A DNA stretch of 64,000 nt from Cystobasidiomycetes sp. EMM_F5 (Eukaryota): contig JBPGPT010000041.1 in assembly GCA_051047955.1 (NCBI GenBank), positions 1-64,000 on the forward strand, in the 5' to 3' direction. A model generated the notes under the pieces. It saw nothing but the letters and a program-made list of their open reading frames with translations, made no database searches and had not been told where the DNA came from. Position 1 is the stretch's first letter; each line of letters starts with the position of its first letter. Below, piece by piece: positions 41,614-55,652 of this stretch. A program made the translations under genes and the position numbers.

Positions 41614-41794
41614 TTGGTTTGGGTGGGCAGAGGCAGAGAGCAAGTGGGTAATATTACTGCTGTAAGCTCGCAACCCTTTCGAATCATCAAATAACCTTCC
41701 GACTATGTTGCTGTGTTATGTTACATTGCGGGGCTGCGATGCGATACTGACACGACCAGTCTAATTTATGCGAAATATGAACACCATCTTGGAA

Positions 41795-43489
41795 TCAAGA
41801 CTGATCCTCCGAAGTCCAGCGAAGGCCCATCTCGTAAGCTCCTATCATTATACCACAAGCTGGGGCAACCTTAGCTAGTCGCGGTACCAGACCACGCCAA
41901 AGACCTTGCCAGCCTTCCGAGCGGATTACCTCTTTGCAGATGGCTAGGGTTCCACGATTCGATTGCGTAGAATTCTCAGTCTGCCTCCGTGTCTTGATGA
42001 CATCAAACGGATGTGAAACGAATGATGCAATCTGCGTCGGAAGTAATTAGCATACACGCAATGCCGATGGCAGAGACGAATTCTCACGATCCCACTGCCA
42101 GCGCCGCTCGCAAAAGCGACAGCAAACGTCTTGCTCGCCTGGTCCCCATGCGCAACTTCTCCCATGCCCCTACCGTCGCTCAGAACTCGACGGATCGCTT
42201 CATAGCCCGCCCAATAAATACCAGAGAACGGTACGTCCCTCCACAGTGTCGCAGATAACCCTCGCCATAAGCTTGTTGCGCCTTGTTTTCGTACCAGATC
42301 TGTTATGGATGATGTCACGTTTGCAAATGATACATGTGTTCCAGTGCTTTGCATCCGCGTGCGAAACAGCTCAAGTGGGGCCAAAAGAGTAGCGACCGCT
42401 GCCCTAGAGACGGAGCCTGCAAGGAATGTAGTTGTGGCTATGTATGAGCGGGAAGCGGTTCCCGTAACTGGAGAAACGTATCGTGCCGGAGCATGTTCTA
42501 ACGCAGCGGTCCGAAGGTTGTCGTACCCTACCATGTATATGACTTGCGACGGGACTGACATGACCAGCGACGGAGACAGTCCCCGCCATAAGGCAGGCAA
42601 TCCTTCGTGTCTGCCAATCTTGACAAAGGCGTCAAAGAAGCCGTTAAAATGACGGCTAGACTGAGCGGAGAGATTGGGTAGTTGCTCGGCTGCTATTGTC
42701 GATGACGGATACAAGCATGCTTCTCCAGCGTTCATCGCCAACGCAGCTGTTCCACCAGTAGGTGTGGTGAATGAGATGGGTATGACTCGCGATACAGAGG
42801 GCAGTCGCAGGGTGCTCCTTGACGCACTCGCCGTTGCTCCAGCAGCCGAAGCAGCTGTGATCTCCCTGGGATCAAAGCGGCACAATATGTCCTTTTCGGC
42901 TAGGTTTGTCGTGAAATATGTCTTTTGGCAGCATGTCGCCAGATTCGTAGCTGCCAGTGATCTTGCATGCTGCAATGGTGACAGGACTGTGGAAGCCGGT
43001 GCCTTCCCCTTGCCTTTCCGCCGTGCTGCCTCTATTGCTGATGTAGACGCAGCAGCAGAAGTAGCAGAGCGTGATGGCGGAGGTACCTGTGATGAAGGAA
43101 TGAAGAGCGATTCTTGCATCTGCTGAGTCTGCAAGCGGATCCGCACGACATCAAAAGGCGTCACTGCGGACGGGGCACAGCAAAAGGAAACATTGTCAGC
43201 AAGATGGTCATGAATAAACGCGGTTGCCAACAGCTTGGATCATAAGGATTTGTGTCCATCTCAAGCAACCTTGTCGAAACTCACTCGTCAGGCTCGTAAT
43301 CAAAGCACCGGTCGAAGCCGCGATGATTCTGTTCTTCTCCCGCTCTCGTATTCGAGCTAGTCTTCTCTTTGCTTGCCGGTCATCGTCGCCGTTCTGGCTG
43401 TTTGAAGAGCTGGATCTCGATGATGACGGCAGACTTATCGGGGATAATGCAGAAGTGGAAGCCTCTGGAGGCAGAGTGAAGGACGCCAT
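41795..43489 (-). CDS. MTM1: Mitochondrial carrier of the SLC25A39/40 (Mtm1) type
   Basis: ASTGALITSL-VTPFDVVRIRLQ, LWRGLSPSLVMSVP, APLELFRTRMQ, LWRDVPFSGIYW and RLAKVAPACGIMIGAYE. Confidence 0.88.
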
Positions 43490-43871
43490 GGCCAGCTTGT
43501 GCGCAGAACGACAGGTGTAGCTGGTAGCCCAGTTCGCTGTCAGATCAGAGTAATTTGGTCAGTCGCAACCCGTTCAGCAGAAAAAGATCAGATTGACAAT
43601 CAGTGGCGGATCTTTCGAGACTCACCCGGACGACAACCCCGGCCTGCCCGCTGGCGATTGCGGACATTCAATCTCGCCAATGTCAATCATTCACACACAG
43701 GCGCACATCCGATTCCTTTCATCTCCCGTCCGCTTGTCCCCAAAGACTCGCTCTCACTTTCCGGGTGAACTAGTGCTGACGACTTGCTAAAATCAATTAA
43801 CGAAGCTGTCTTTGCTCACTCTCACTCGTAGAGAAGGCTTGTTGCCTCGATATATTCCCCTTCGCCGCGCC

Positions 43872-44810
43872 ATGTCGTTACTAAACAGCAAGAATACCCT
43901 GCTGGTGTCTGACTGGGACGGCACTATCGCGGTTTCCGACACCCTCGCTCTCATCTCGCCATCACCCGAAGCACTTAAACCGTATACCAAAGCTTATATG
44001 GACGATATGGAGGCTTTATCTGCCAAGTTTGGTCCGCGGAATACTCTTGACCGCATGAAGCAATGGCTCGAAGCTATGCAGAGTGAGCAGCCGTCTTATA
44101 CAGGCTGGACAGTTAAGGGCATTGCCTGACTAAAGCACCAGCCCTGGAATATGACAGTGTTCACCGTGTCGAGCAGGGAGGCCTCTTCAAAGGCATGGCC
44201 CGTGCTAGCTTACTAGAAAGAGCACGCGACACCACCAGGCTCTCTGTGCAAGCAGGGAGTGTCGAGTTTCTCAAATCTTTCCAAGGCCAGTGGGGAGTTG
44301 TGTCCGTCGGTTGGAGTGCCGCATTCATCAGGGCCGCACTTGAAAGCCGAGGAGTGGATCTTTCTAATTCCAATATCAAGATTTTTGCAAACGAGGTAGA
44401 ATTCGACAATAAGGGCATAGGGACCGGGAAGATCAGCAAGCACGAAGGCAATGCTGCCGGTATACGGATAGCGGCGGACAAATTGCGTGAGATGCGGCGG
44501 ATGGTCGAAAGCTGGAAGCAGCAAGATCCTGAGAATACAGGCGGAATTGTGGTGGTAAGTCAGTAAAGGAGCAGCATTCCACACAGGCTTACGCTCTGAA
44601 CAGTATGTCGGCGATTCCGAAACCGATTTGCTGTGCTTACTGGAAGCAGACGTCGGCGTGATAATGAACAGCAAGAAATTGGAAGAGCAGTGCAAAAGTA
44701 TGAATCTTCAAGTCTCTCAAGGCTTAGACAATCTTCCCGGCAAGAAGTCGATTTCAGAAGCCTACGAACTGCGAACCATCCCTAATTTCCTACCATTTTC
44801 ATTTGCATAA
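43872..44810 (+). CDS. HAD-superfamily hydrolase (Cto1/UPF0655-like)
   Basis: HAD motifs SDWDGTI, VVSVGWS, ANE and YVGDSETDLLCLLEADVG. Confidence 0.8.
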
Positions 44811-45310
44811 TTGCCAGTGGACAAAAGCCTGTGGCCCCGGCACTGAACATGGTGCAGACGTACGGAAAAGTACTATTTCACACGGCGATGCTAAGCACCT
44901 ACGCGCTCCCATGATTCGACACAGCATCAGAGCGGACGACGTGCCTATGGACAGCTGAACTTCAGTTGAATGGCACGCAAGAACAAATGGGTTCCAACCT
45001 CCAATCAGTGTGTACTGTGTGTGAAGCATGGCTTCTAAATGCTTTCAGCTGCAGTCGCGAGCTCGTTTTGTGAGCAGAAGGGTGTTCAGGCGCTATTCTC
45101 AGCATCGACATTTTGCATATCTGGGAAGAGGGAGACCTACGGGCTTAGCCAAAGTCATGATTTTGATAATAGCTTCAATTTATGCTGCGTGTCTCCAAGC
45201 TCTATGCGCCACCGTGTTTTCGGTCATTGACTGCTATTTGCATAACGACTTGATTCAATTCCAAATCATTCATTGATATCTGAAGTACGGCTCATTCACT
45301 TCATACAAGC

Positions 45311-46474
45311 ATGTCTGACAATGCGAGCTCGTCCAAGCCCTTAGCAACAGTGCCAGAAGATCAGGCGACAGCATCGACGTCCTCGAGCCTGCCGCCAGCA
45401 GCTAAAGCGGCCGCCGAGGCAGCTGTAAAGACTGCTATATCGGAAACACTAGATGCAGAGGAAGGAGAGATTGACGAATCAAAGGGCAGTGAAGTGAACG
45501 GTGACGCTGGAGGGCTTCGAACAGTCTTTTCGGATCCGAAGAATTTCAACGTCGTCCATCCTTTATATTCGAAATGGTGAGGCAGCTCACAATCATGCAT
45601 CAATTAACTCGTGTCTGATGGGTATACATGGCTTCGTACGAAACGCCCACTTCGACCGGAATATTCCCAGGATTCTCTGGTTCGACAATGCTTCAAAGGC
45701 AGACAAGGCGAAGGAATGGGAGGAACAATTGCAACAAGTGATGGCGTTCGAAAGTGTGGAAGAGTTCTGGGGCCTATACAACAAGTACGTGTAATAGGCA
45801 GGCATTGCCTGGCAGCAGTTGCATGACAGCATGAATGGCCTAGGCAGGACGCCCAGCTGACTTTGTCGACAATTCATAGCATCGTGCCTCCATCTCATAT
45901 CGCTACAAATTCAAATTATTACCTTTTCAAGGCTGGCATCAAGCCGGCGTGGGAGGATCCTGCCAATGCAGAAGGTGGAAAATGGGCTATCCAGCTACCG
46001 CGAGACAAATCCAGGGACGTGATTGATAATTACTGGTTGTATACGGTGAGCATATCGTGCGACACCTGCTTTCTGTCCTTCGAAAGCTGAATCGGCATGT
46101 CGTATTATCCAGATGCTGGCTGCTATCGGCGAAACATTCGAAACACCGCATGGTGTTGCGCCATCTCCCGACATGCCTTTCACCGATGAAGTGACTGGTA
46201 TCATCATATCTTCGCGCCGCGGCTTCTACCGGATATCGATCTGGACGCGGACATCCGACTCGAAAGCAAAAGTCGAAGATATCGGCAAGCACTTCAAATT
46301 CGATATCCTTAACAATGCCGGCAAGCAAGGCGGATTCAGCTCAGAAGTCGAATTTCAGAGCCATCGAGCTTCTCAGGTCTGTCTGATTCCCGAACGATGC
46401 ATCGGGAGCTACCCAACTGAAACTCTGAATTCTATCTGTAGGTTCGTGGAAAGAAGCCAGCATTCGTACTGTGA
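45311..46474 (+). CDS. TIF45: Translation initiation factor 4E
   Basis: HPLYSKWILWFD, SVEEFWGLY, YYLFKAGIKPAWEDPANAEGGKW, MLAAIGETF and RISIWTR. Confidence 0.95.
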
Positions 46475-46767
46475 TTTCTAGCGTTGTTTGTGCTGGTGCA
46501 AACTCTATGTCATGACTGGGTTGCTTTAATGAATGCCCACTGCAGGACGGTTACAAGGCGAGATCCGATATGATTGCCATGCTTTTCCGGCGACTCTGGC
46601 TCAAGCAACGTTTGCTTGATGCAAATACTTCGCCGCTAGCGTTATTTTGCAGCTTTTCAACGCGTTCGAAATATAATGTCGGCTGCGAGACATTATCATC
46701 ATTAGCTTCTTAGAATTGCATTCACTATCGAGCCAACGCAAAATACTGTTTCACTATCTGCTTGTTC

Positions 46768-48269
46768 ATGGCAGAAAGCAATGGTATGCTTTACACATGA
46801 CTGCTACGCCAGATAATGAAGCCTTGCCGCATACTCATGAAGCGGCATTCTCTCAAAGGAGTCGACATCGCCGCGGAGGCGCCGACTGAACGCAGGTTCT
46901 GGCTAATGAAAGCTGAGCCAGGTGTGTATGACACTGAGGCGGGTTTGTTATTCCAAGATGTGCAGACTGACGCGCTCCGGGCAGACTCGCGGATAGAGAA
47001 AGGTAATTGGCCTGGATGCGTGTTTATTGCGTTCGAACGCGTGCAAAATTCCAATCATGCAAGCATTCGGCTAGCAGAGACGCATGACAGTATTCAACAG
47101 AACCGCTGATGATGTCTGCTCTCAGGCAAAGATGTCGCCTTCTCCATCGACCATTTCGAGAAGATTGGGTTGGGCTGGGAAGATTCCGCGTTACCTTGGT
47201 CCCGCTTTTACTGATGTCACCCGTAGGACCTCGCATTGGGATGGTGTACGAAATGCCGTGGCTAAGAACTACATGAAGAATGATATGCGAGTCGGCGATG
47301 GCGTAGGCTACAATGAACAGGCAGGCTGTCGCATGGCACAATCGAAATGACACAGACACGTACTCCAGGTCCTCTTCTATCACTCTAATACCAAAGTGCC
47401 CGGTGAGAATGCTCATTCAAGCCTTGTGGCCATGACTGACCAGATTCACAGGCGTAGCTGGACTTGCGGAAGTCAGTAGGTATACGAAGGCCGAGCATTT
47501 CTGTTGTACTGAGATTAGTCGGAACAGATAGTGAAGGAAGGGTATCCTGATCGTGAGCCGTGTCCGAGCACTGCTCTACCGCACTTTGTCTATACTGACA
47601 AGCCGTCGCGCATTCGTGAAGACACCGCTTGGGATCCGTAAGCGACATTTGGCGAATACTCGCAGCTGCAGGATTCATGTACGCTTCTTCTCCCAGTGAA
47701 CATCCATATTATGATGCGAAGAGCGACAAGGACAAACCAAAGTGGTTCATGGTAAGCCGTCTGCGCGCCTGATCAAGCCCTTAACCCACGGCCACCGTAC
47801 CCGCTTTCAGGTAGACGTAATCTTCAAGCAGCGGCTCGCTCATCTGGTTCCGCTTGCTCTGTACAAGCATTTGGCTAGTCAGAATGAACTGCCTGAAGAA
47901 TTGGCATATTTAACGCCAGAGCACCTGGAGGCCATCAAGGCCATGCCACTCGTCACGCGCGGTCGGCTATCGGTCCAGACAGTTTCGAAGGTAGGTCGCA
48001 AGGGTACTATGAGCCAACCTCGACCTCGCTCACTGTCGAGTACTGCATACGAAACGCAACCGCAGCTGGCCTATGATGCGACTGTGCTGCTCGGAGAAAA
48101 CGGCGGCTTTTCCGACTTGGTCGCTAGGACTACTGTAAAACGCAGTCAGTCTAAGCGGAAAGTGGCGGACGTGGAGGACGCGGATGTCGAAAGTGGGCGT
48201 AGGGACGATGCAGATGCTGAGCAAGCAAGCAGACCAAAACGAGTACAACGACAGAGGCAGCAGACTTAG
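46768..48269 (+). CDS. THYN1: EVE-domain protein (THYN1-like), many micro-exons
   Basis: FWLMKAEP, FSIDHF, WDGVRN, VLFYHSN, GYPDHTAWDP, YYDAKS, PKWFMVDV and RGRLSVQ. Confidence 0.88.
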
Positions 48270-49060
48270 CTCAACATGCCAATCCCGCTCTTTCTCCCCA
48301 CTGGGAATACCAACAGCCCAGCCGGCCCTTTCATGGGCGTAAGAAGAAGAGGCATCTCTGCACGCGTGAAGCTAGACAACCTTAGCTAAAGCAACGGAAA
48401 TTATGCAAGGTCTTACGCTAGCATGCCCACACAAATGACGGGCTGAGACCGTTGCGTGTTACAATTCCGTGCGCCAGACCCAACGCCTCCGTGGCCCCGT
48501 TCGCGCAAATCTCGTGCGCCCGGATCTGACGAGAGCCGCTCTCATAACGGCGGCACTTTGGCGCATGAGAAGATTGGAAAGATCGTGCTACATTTGACGA
48601 CTAAACGTATTTTCCAGTTGAGTTCCGTTGCAGCGAGCTCGCTTCGTCATAGCATCTAGTGTGCCATGCGGGTCACACCTTGGGGCGACATCGATACTTC
48701 GGCTCTCGAGTGACACTGACATTGCCAACCTGTAAGCGAGGCGTCGACCTTGCGCCGTATCCCCATTCCTCACCATTTCCAGTGTCAGCCCACTGCAGCC
48801 GCCGCCGAGGTACGTGGCCAACATCGTGTCAGACGCAGATCGTAACGGTCGCCGTCCGGCGAGAAGCAGGTTTGCAGAAATTTCACAACTTGGTGACCTG
48901 TTGAGGAAGGTTGTCATACAACTTCTGCTTCTGCATACAACACACCAACTTGGTTTTGACGGAGCTTCTAGACTTTGGAAGGGTCAGCTTGTGTGATTCA
49001 GGTAAAAGGTACCCGCTGAGTAGTATAGGGTGTTCAGGCTTGCAGCATATCTAGGACAAG

Positions 49061-51449
49061 ATGCTGGATGGCACACATTCGTTGAAGCACACGCGCTCTA
49101 TCGCAACCTTTCCGTTGCAAATGGGTCCAAAGCTTGAAGATTCTGGCTCATCTAGCGGGACTTTTGGAGAAAGACTCAAAAGTCCGCCACTTTCAGAGCC
49201 ACCTTCTGGTAAGAAGACGCATACGTCGTTACTGGTGAACAGCCACCATTCTCAAAGCCACTGTGCTTTTGCCCCTTCCGTCCAGGCACTTTGGGTGAAC
49301 TGAGCGCACAAGCCCGTGACCCATTTCGCAATGCTCCCGGTAAGCCCAAGCCCTATTCTGATTTGAACATTTAACCAAGCCCCAAGATGATGCTCAGTCG
49401 AAGCGTCACGCCTGCAATCTCCGTTGCACCACTCGCAATCCATACCTGGCCTTGGAATGGGCGGGATGGGTCGAGGGCCGGCGGTAGGCCAAAGCGGTAA
49501 GCCAGCCGAATGCGATCTGGCACTATGTGTCTTCGGTACGCATACCCACGGCTGACTGAGCATCCCTCGTTGCCCTACAGAGCATACACTGACCCCGCGG
49601 CGTAGCCAGCTTGTGATGGGCTCAGCTACGAGACTGCCTTCATTACGCTCCTCTGGGCTGAATCTGTCGCCGACGCAGCCATTACGGCGTAGCTCAAGCG
49701 GGCAATATGAACCCTTGCCGACATCGCTCGATGTCAACCATTTAGACAGCTTACCACCGCTGCAGCCACCCTCGAGTCAGAACGGGTATGCTCGACCCGA
49801 GTGGATGCGGTATCCGCTGCATTCCAGCCTCCGAGATGCAGGGCAGCTTGCAGGTCAGACTAGTCTTCGCTCGCGAGCGAGCGTGTCGGGAATGGATTTG
49901 AGCAGCATTGACCTTCCGCCACTGTCTACTCCGTTGCCAGGCGGCCAACCTCCATCCAGTATTTCACCGGGTGCTCATCGTCGAAGCTCTGTGATGAGTA
50001 TGCGACAAGCATCCCGCTCCCCAAATGACCCATATCCACGATCTGGTTCACTCTTACGAAGCCGGTCTTCAACCTCAGGCTTAGAAGCATCCTCCTCTTC
50101 CAGTTCGCTCGAACCAGAACGCTGGGAATCTAATGCTGCACCGTCTTTCGCGTTCGTCAAGAGGGAGCCTCTGGACACGTCTCTACCTGCACCATCGGGC
50201 ATGCCTGGTCTACCCGGTCTCTCAACACCTCACATACCACCCGGCCCGGGTGTGTCTGGCATGTATAGTGCTCATATTCCGCAGGCTCCTTCCGAGTCAT
50301 ATAGGCTTGGCCAGCTACAACCACCGGGGCCAGACATGGCAGGATTGCCACCTCTAAACAGCTTTGCACCAATGCACGCCATGCCACCGCTGGCTCCGCT
50401 TGGCGAATACCCTGGCCATCCACCGCGCACGATGACACCGTCAATGTATGGTCCGCCCGGCTCCGCAGGTCTGGGCCCCTTGCCAGTGATGGGCTATCCT
50501 GGCATGCCGCCTTACGGCCATTACCCACTGCCGCCGGGGCAGCCTGTCTATCCCTATCCTCCACCGCCAGGAGAGCTGGTCTACTCGTATTATCCGCCCG
50601 TTCCGCATTTTCTGCCTGCTCAAATGGCGGTACGTCCCTCGCTGGCTACTTGTACGCAGGCGCTTATCTCTTGATGACATGATATAGCCACTTTATGGCA
50701 GGCCGAGACTTCACGTTTGCTACGTGTGCAATCGAGACTTCAATAGGCAGCCTGATCTGGAGAGACATGTGAGTACTGTCGGCTGGCTTGTAATTGCTTG
50801 ATAAAGGAACGCGGCTTACAGACTTCTACAGATGCGCATACATACGGGAGAAACGTAGGTCTAGGTATCTGATGTGTGATTCCCATTGACATTGATCTCG
50901 CACATTAATACTGGCACCATCCCCAGTCCATATGTCTGCCGCACGTGCGGAAAAGACTTTCAGCGCAAAGATGCTTTGCTGTGAGCCACGATTTTCCGGC
51001 TTGACGTGATCTCGAATGACGATTTACTCTGCTCCTAGACGACACGAACGTACTCATTCTAAAAAGTGAGGCCCCTTTTGAACAAAGATGCGAGTCAGAG
51101 ACTGATGGGCATCGCTTACAGAGACGCCGAAGGGCAGGCCGACGGGCAGGCGTTGGCTGATGTGCGTCACTACGATGAGGGGGCATTGCCGACCGTAACG
51201 TAGCTGACTTTGATACGACAAACAGCAGCCACTCATAGATCCAGGGCCAGAACCGTAAGTATTTCCGTCATCTTCAGTACGGACAATACTAAGGCAGATA
51301 TATACGGCTTCAGTCACTTCAGGTGCAGATCATGTGGGCGCTCTTTCCAGCGCAAGGATGCCATGCTGTGAGTGCTTGCAGTAAATGGAAAGCAACGAGC
51401 TGACAATTTGTACGCTTGCAGACGACATGAACGAACGCATATGGTCTGA
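49061..51449 (+). CDS. C2H2 zinc-finger transcription factor (Pro-rich N-terminus, up to three fingers)
   Basis: HVCYVCNRDFNRQPDLERH|MRIHTGET|PYVCRTCGKDFQRKDALL|RHERTH and HFRCRSCGRSFQRKDAML|RHERTHMV*. The start is approximate. Confidence 0.85.
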
Positions 51450-52250
51450 ACAACAACAACGCAACCGCTTCGCCATGCAAACATACCATACATAATACCA
51501 TACACGATACGACTGCATACTGTCCTCTTGCTAATCGCCGCATATCGGCTTTTTTTGTAATTCATTCGCAATGGACGATTCTCAGCCCTTCTTTCGGAAA
51601 TGAACTCGCGTTTGACGCCGTGCATAGGGGGCTGTGGGTCGCGGGGTTGAGGCTAACGATTTGTCTCGGGAGTGAAGTCAAACGCACTCTCGGTCACCAC
51701 GTGAGGATCCGTTGACCGTTAACGACTGACTTTGGAAGCTGTCCAAACAAATGTCGACGCGGGTTATGCAGCTCTGACGACGCGAGGCTTGGAATCGAAG
51801 AAAAATCTGGCAACATCGACAGGTTTGAATGTGCAGCAGACTTCACAACTCGCCTCTCCACCATTAATGACCCGCGTTTTCGTCCTGGCTGATTTTTGTC
51901 TTCTTCGCAGTGTCTCTTGCATTCCCACATCCTCAACTTCGTGCTCCCCAGCTGTCCCGGCCTGCTCACATTCGACTCGTTCAATACGTTATCGTATCCA
52001 CTTAAGATCTCATGCTTCGCTCATCCGATCCTTACCAATACCCTTACCTCGATGCAGACAATTCCATGCGCAATGACCCTCCCATGCGTTGGTCGGCCTT
52101 TATATAGCTTACGCGAACGTACTGAATTAACCGTTTCGTTTTGTAAGCCGTCGTCGGTCCGCTCGACTGGTATCATTTCGATAGTCGGCAGTCATGTACG
52201 CTTGTGATAACCACTGTTGTGCTGGGTCTCAGGTCGTTGTTGACATAAAG

Positions 52251-53100
52251 ATGGTACAGCTCATAACACAGGCAGACAATCTTCTTCGAGGAGATCAAGA
52301 AGCGACCGATGGACGTATCCTCCGAGCCTGACGTATGCAACAGGGCAGGCGACCCATTTTTCGCAATATGAGCGAAGCAGAGCTCTTGCGCCACATGTCC
52401 AGGCACCTCTCCATACGACCACCTACAGTCAAGCCTATGCGCGGACATCACCGCCTGCCTCAGCGGGATCGCGGACCTCCTACGCCCGCTCCCATCGCAT
52501 GAGCTCAGAAAGCGGAGACTCGGTCGCCTCTGCATCCACTCTTGTAGTATCGCAAAATCCTGGGATTTGTGAAGCGGACAGCTGCATACAGTACACATAC
52601 TTTGGTCAGAAGTATTGTGATTTGCATGTGAGTCATCGTTTTCAAACCTCTACCGATTGTGTCTCGATGGAAAATGACGTGTGTTTAGAGGAATTGGTTT
52701 ATAAATGTGGCTTCGGGGCGGCCTCATACCTGCACAATCTGTTTCATTGGTTTTGTAACGTCCGATGAGATGTACGAGCATCAGTCACAGGAGCACTACG
52801 TCCGAGAGAGCCAGCGTCGAAGACTTCCATGTATCGCAGGCACTCTCCTTCAACAGCCCGCTCCGACCAGGCCTGCGAGTATCGACACACTCGACACATC
52901 ACCGCCATTACAGCGTTCTGCATCCTCCACTATGTATCGCTGCAGGAGGTACGTGAATTCATTTCGGTGATACATCCATGATTGGACCTGATGCTCGCGT
53001 ACTCAGCTGTGCTTTAGTCTTCAGCAATCATTATCAACTTCTCGCTCACGAGATGAGCGGAGATCACAGCGACGAACAATGGCTCGTCCCGCATGCCTAA
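52251..53100 (+). CDS. Small protein with two C2H2-like fingers
   Basis: RPHTCTICFIGFVTSDEMYEHQSQEH and YRCR|SCALVFSNHYQLLAHEMSGDH...PHA*. The 5' end is unresolved. Confidence 0.55.
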
Positions 53101-53397
53101 TGTAAAAGGAAGTCATCGTAGTAAGTTGAATGTCTCACAACTACGCACAGCTATCAGTCTAAGTGCAGCTTTTATAATTTCCAATCAGCGGAAGAAGGGG
53201 CCCTACAACCTCCTGTAGTAAATTCATCATGTAGCAATACGCAATCGCTGCCCATATCTGGACGCATTAGTCCGGCAGCCGTTAGCAAGCGCATTTAGCA
53301 TCAGCCTTAACTTTAGTAACTTTCTTCGCCAATGAAGGCCATTAATCAGCGAATCAACCTGTAGCATGCATTAGCGTTTCGATTAGCATAGTTTAGG

Positions 53398-54079
53398 TCA
53401 CACTGCCTGTACAACAACAACACCTTCAAGCGTAGCATCCTTGAGCTGCTTCAATTCTACCCCACCTGTCTCATTCCTCGATATTTATCGCCTTGATTGC
53501 CGACGAGCATTGTCGATTGCTGTAACTGCTTAAGCTGCCGCTTCGCGCCCGCTAGAAATGACTTGATCCTACTCTGCGAATGTGAATCGGCAGAACGTGT
53601 CAATGCACGATTAGGGAAGGGCAATGAATAGATCAGTGTCAATTCGCTCACCAGATCTCGCTGTGTTCGCATCTGGTCGAAATCGCCTCGAACCCAGGAA
53701 ACAGTCTCGTGTCTGCTTCTCAAGTCGCCTAATCCTATCGAAGGTAAGGACGTATCCGTAAGAAACGACTCGGACTGCGTCGGCCGTTGTGGACCGACCT
53801 TTCGTACTTCGTATGAATGACCGATAAAGAGCAAGAACCTGGGTTCTCAATAAGAACTGATAGTTGTGCGTGAGGATTTATGATTCATACATCGAGCCTT
53901 CAGGACGGCAGGGCTTAAAAACCAGAACATACGTGGTCGAGGGTCAGCACATCCTGATCCTTGACGGCGCGAAGCGCATTCAAGCGGGATCTGGTGGAAT
54001 TGCACGGGTGGTGGCTAGTTGTGAAGCATCTCCTCGTGTTCGGAAGGAAGTTGGTTCGAAAGTGGTCCAGCAGCATCAT
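53398..54079 (-). CDS. Mitochondrial LYR-motif protein (LYRM2-like)
   Basis: Presequence-like N-terminus, then LTLDH|FLLRTQVLALYRSFIR...ETVSWVRGDF...|SRIKSFLAGAKRQLKQL. Confidence 0.75.
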
Positions 54080-54272
54080 GTGTTCTGACCTGGTCGGTCT
54101 AGAAACAAGTGGCGAAGTCATGCGCAAAATACTGAAGGCAGGGTGCAGATACATGTGCGACGAGGACCTCATGAGAAGGATACTCTCGCAAGACGCTGAG
54201 CCGGCCTGAAGTGAAGTATTTCGACTAAAACTACAACATACGATAAAAGGCATATCGAGATGCCGGCAGAAG

Positions 54273-55585
54273 CTATAATGAATCCGCAATGACCTTCGAT
54301 TCGTTAACCGTAGCTTGTACAGTCTCCGTTACCATCCTGTCATATTGTGCGTCAGCAAGCGTTAATCTACCATGCCACCAAAGGATACGCACCGATGAAT
54401 CTCATTCTTGTCTTTGTCGGTGACGAGCTCGCGAAGCACGCTGGCATCCGCGCAGACACCAGCCGTAGTGCTTGCTACACTCTCGTCGCCCGTCCGCTCC
54501 AGTAACGCATCCCACCATTTATACAAGAAAGATTCCGCAATGAGACGGAACCAAGGCGTGAAGCTGTTACCTGTGGCGACGATAGAGTAAGCCTTGGGAC
54601 GTAGGTCACAAAGCGGAGCTGTAACGTACTTTCGTTGGCAAACATATCCTTGAGCTCAGCTTTTGACACCCAACATACATCGGAGACTTCGTTTGGCTCG
54701 GGCTCAACTGTCACATCCGCTGTTATGAACAGGATGTAGTCGACTAAATAGTAGCGTCAGCATTATGCACGGAATTTTCGACATTACTGCTCACTTTCGT
54801 GCTCGCCCCACATGCCGCTGCTTGGAGCGAGGTAGTGTATTCTTGTGATGTATACAAAGTCGTCCAGCGGCACTTGAGCGTTCCTGATGCCCAGCTCATG
54901 GAAGAGTTTCCTTTGTGCAGCCCTTCGGACTCCTAGTGTGCCTTCAGGCTCCATCTCCTGCTTGACCGCCAGAGGATGCGAGCAGCAGGTATTTGTCCAC
55001 ATGTCTGGAAAAGTGATCTTTTCGCTCGCTCGCTTCTGCATGAGTAGTCTGCCGTCAGAAGGGCGGAAGAGGAAGGTACTGAAGGCTCTATGCAGTAGAT
55101 TCTGCGGCGGTAAAATGTTGCTCATGAGGTGGCCTGCCGAGAAACAAACAGAACCGCCGCGTCCTCAGAATTTTTCCACTGTCGCAAGTATTGTTCGCAA
55201 ACGTACACGTCTTCTTGCTAGCCTCGCCAATAGCATTATCGTCATAGTCTAAGACTATCAGCTCCTCCTTCATGAGTTCCAGCTGGACGGGGTCATATTC
55301 GAGTTCCGACAGTTTGACATCGTTGTAGCCGTTTGTGGACGCGCTGGCATGGCCATTGACGCCGTTGCTCGTGGATGCCATATTTCGCACAATGGTGAGC
55401 AGTCCGAGCTGTGGATTGCGACTGTCGCGAGCGAATGTCGTCCGATTAAGCGTTGAATGAGTTCGAAATAGCCCGCTGGAGCAGTAGGCTCTGCCTTTCA
55501 AAACCTGGGCGATGTTCACGCTGCGTGATGCTACTGGTAGACGTCGAGGAACAGCAAGAACGGTATGCCGGGATAGTCTTTGCAT
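54273..55585 (-). CDS. IDI1: Isopentenyl-diphosphate delta-isomerase type 1
   Basis: LLHRAFSTFLF, QKRASEKITFPDMWTNTCCSHPL, AAQRKLFHELGI, WGEHE, NEVSD and FTPWFRLI. Confidence 0.97.
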
Positions 55586-55652
55586 GAAAGGTAGCGAGAC
55601 AAGTATGCTACCCACAAAGCTACTGATGACAACAACGATAGCTTCGAAACAA

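Noticed and set aside
43500..43870. Possible TPP riboswitch upstream of the HAD hydrolase
   Set aside because: The conserved CTGAGA and GATCNGGNTAATNCC elements were not found; only a 9-bp inverted repeat is present.
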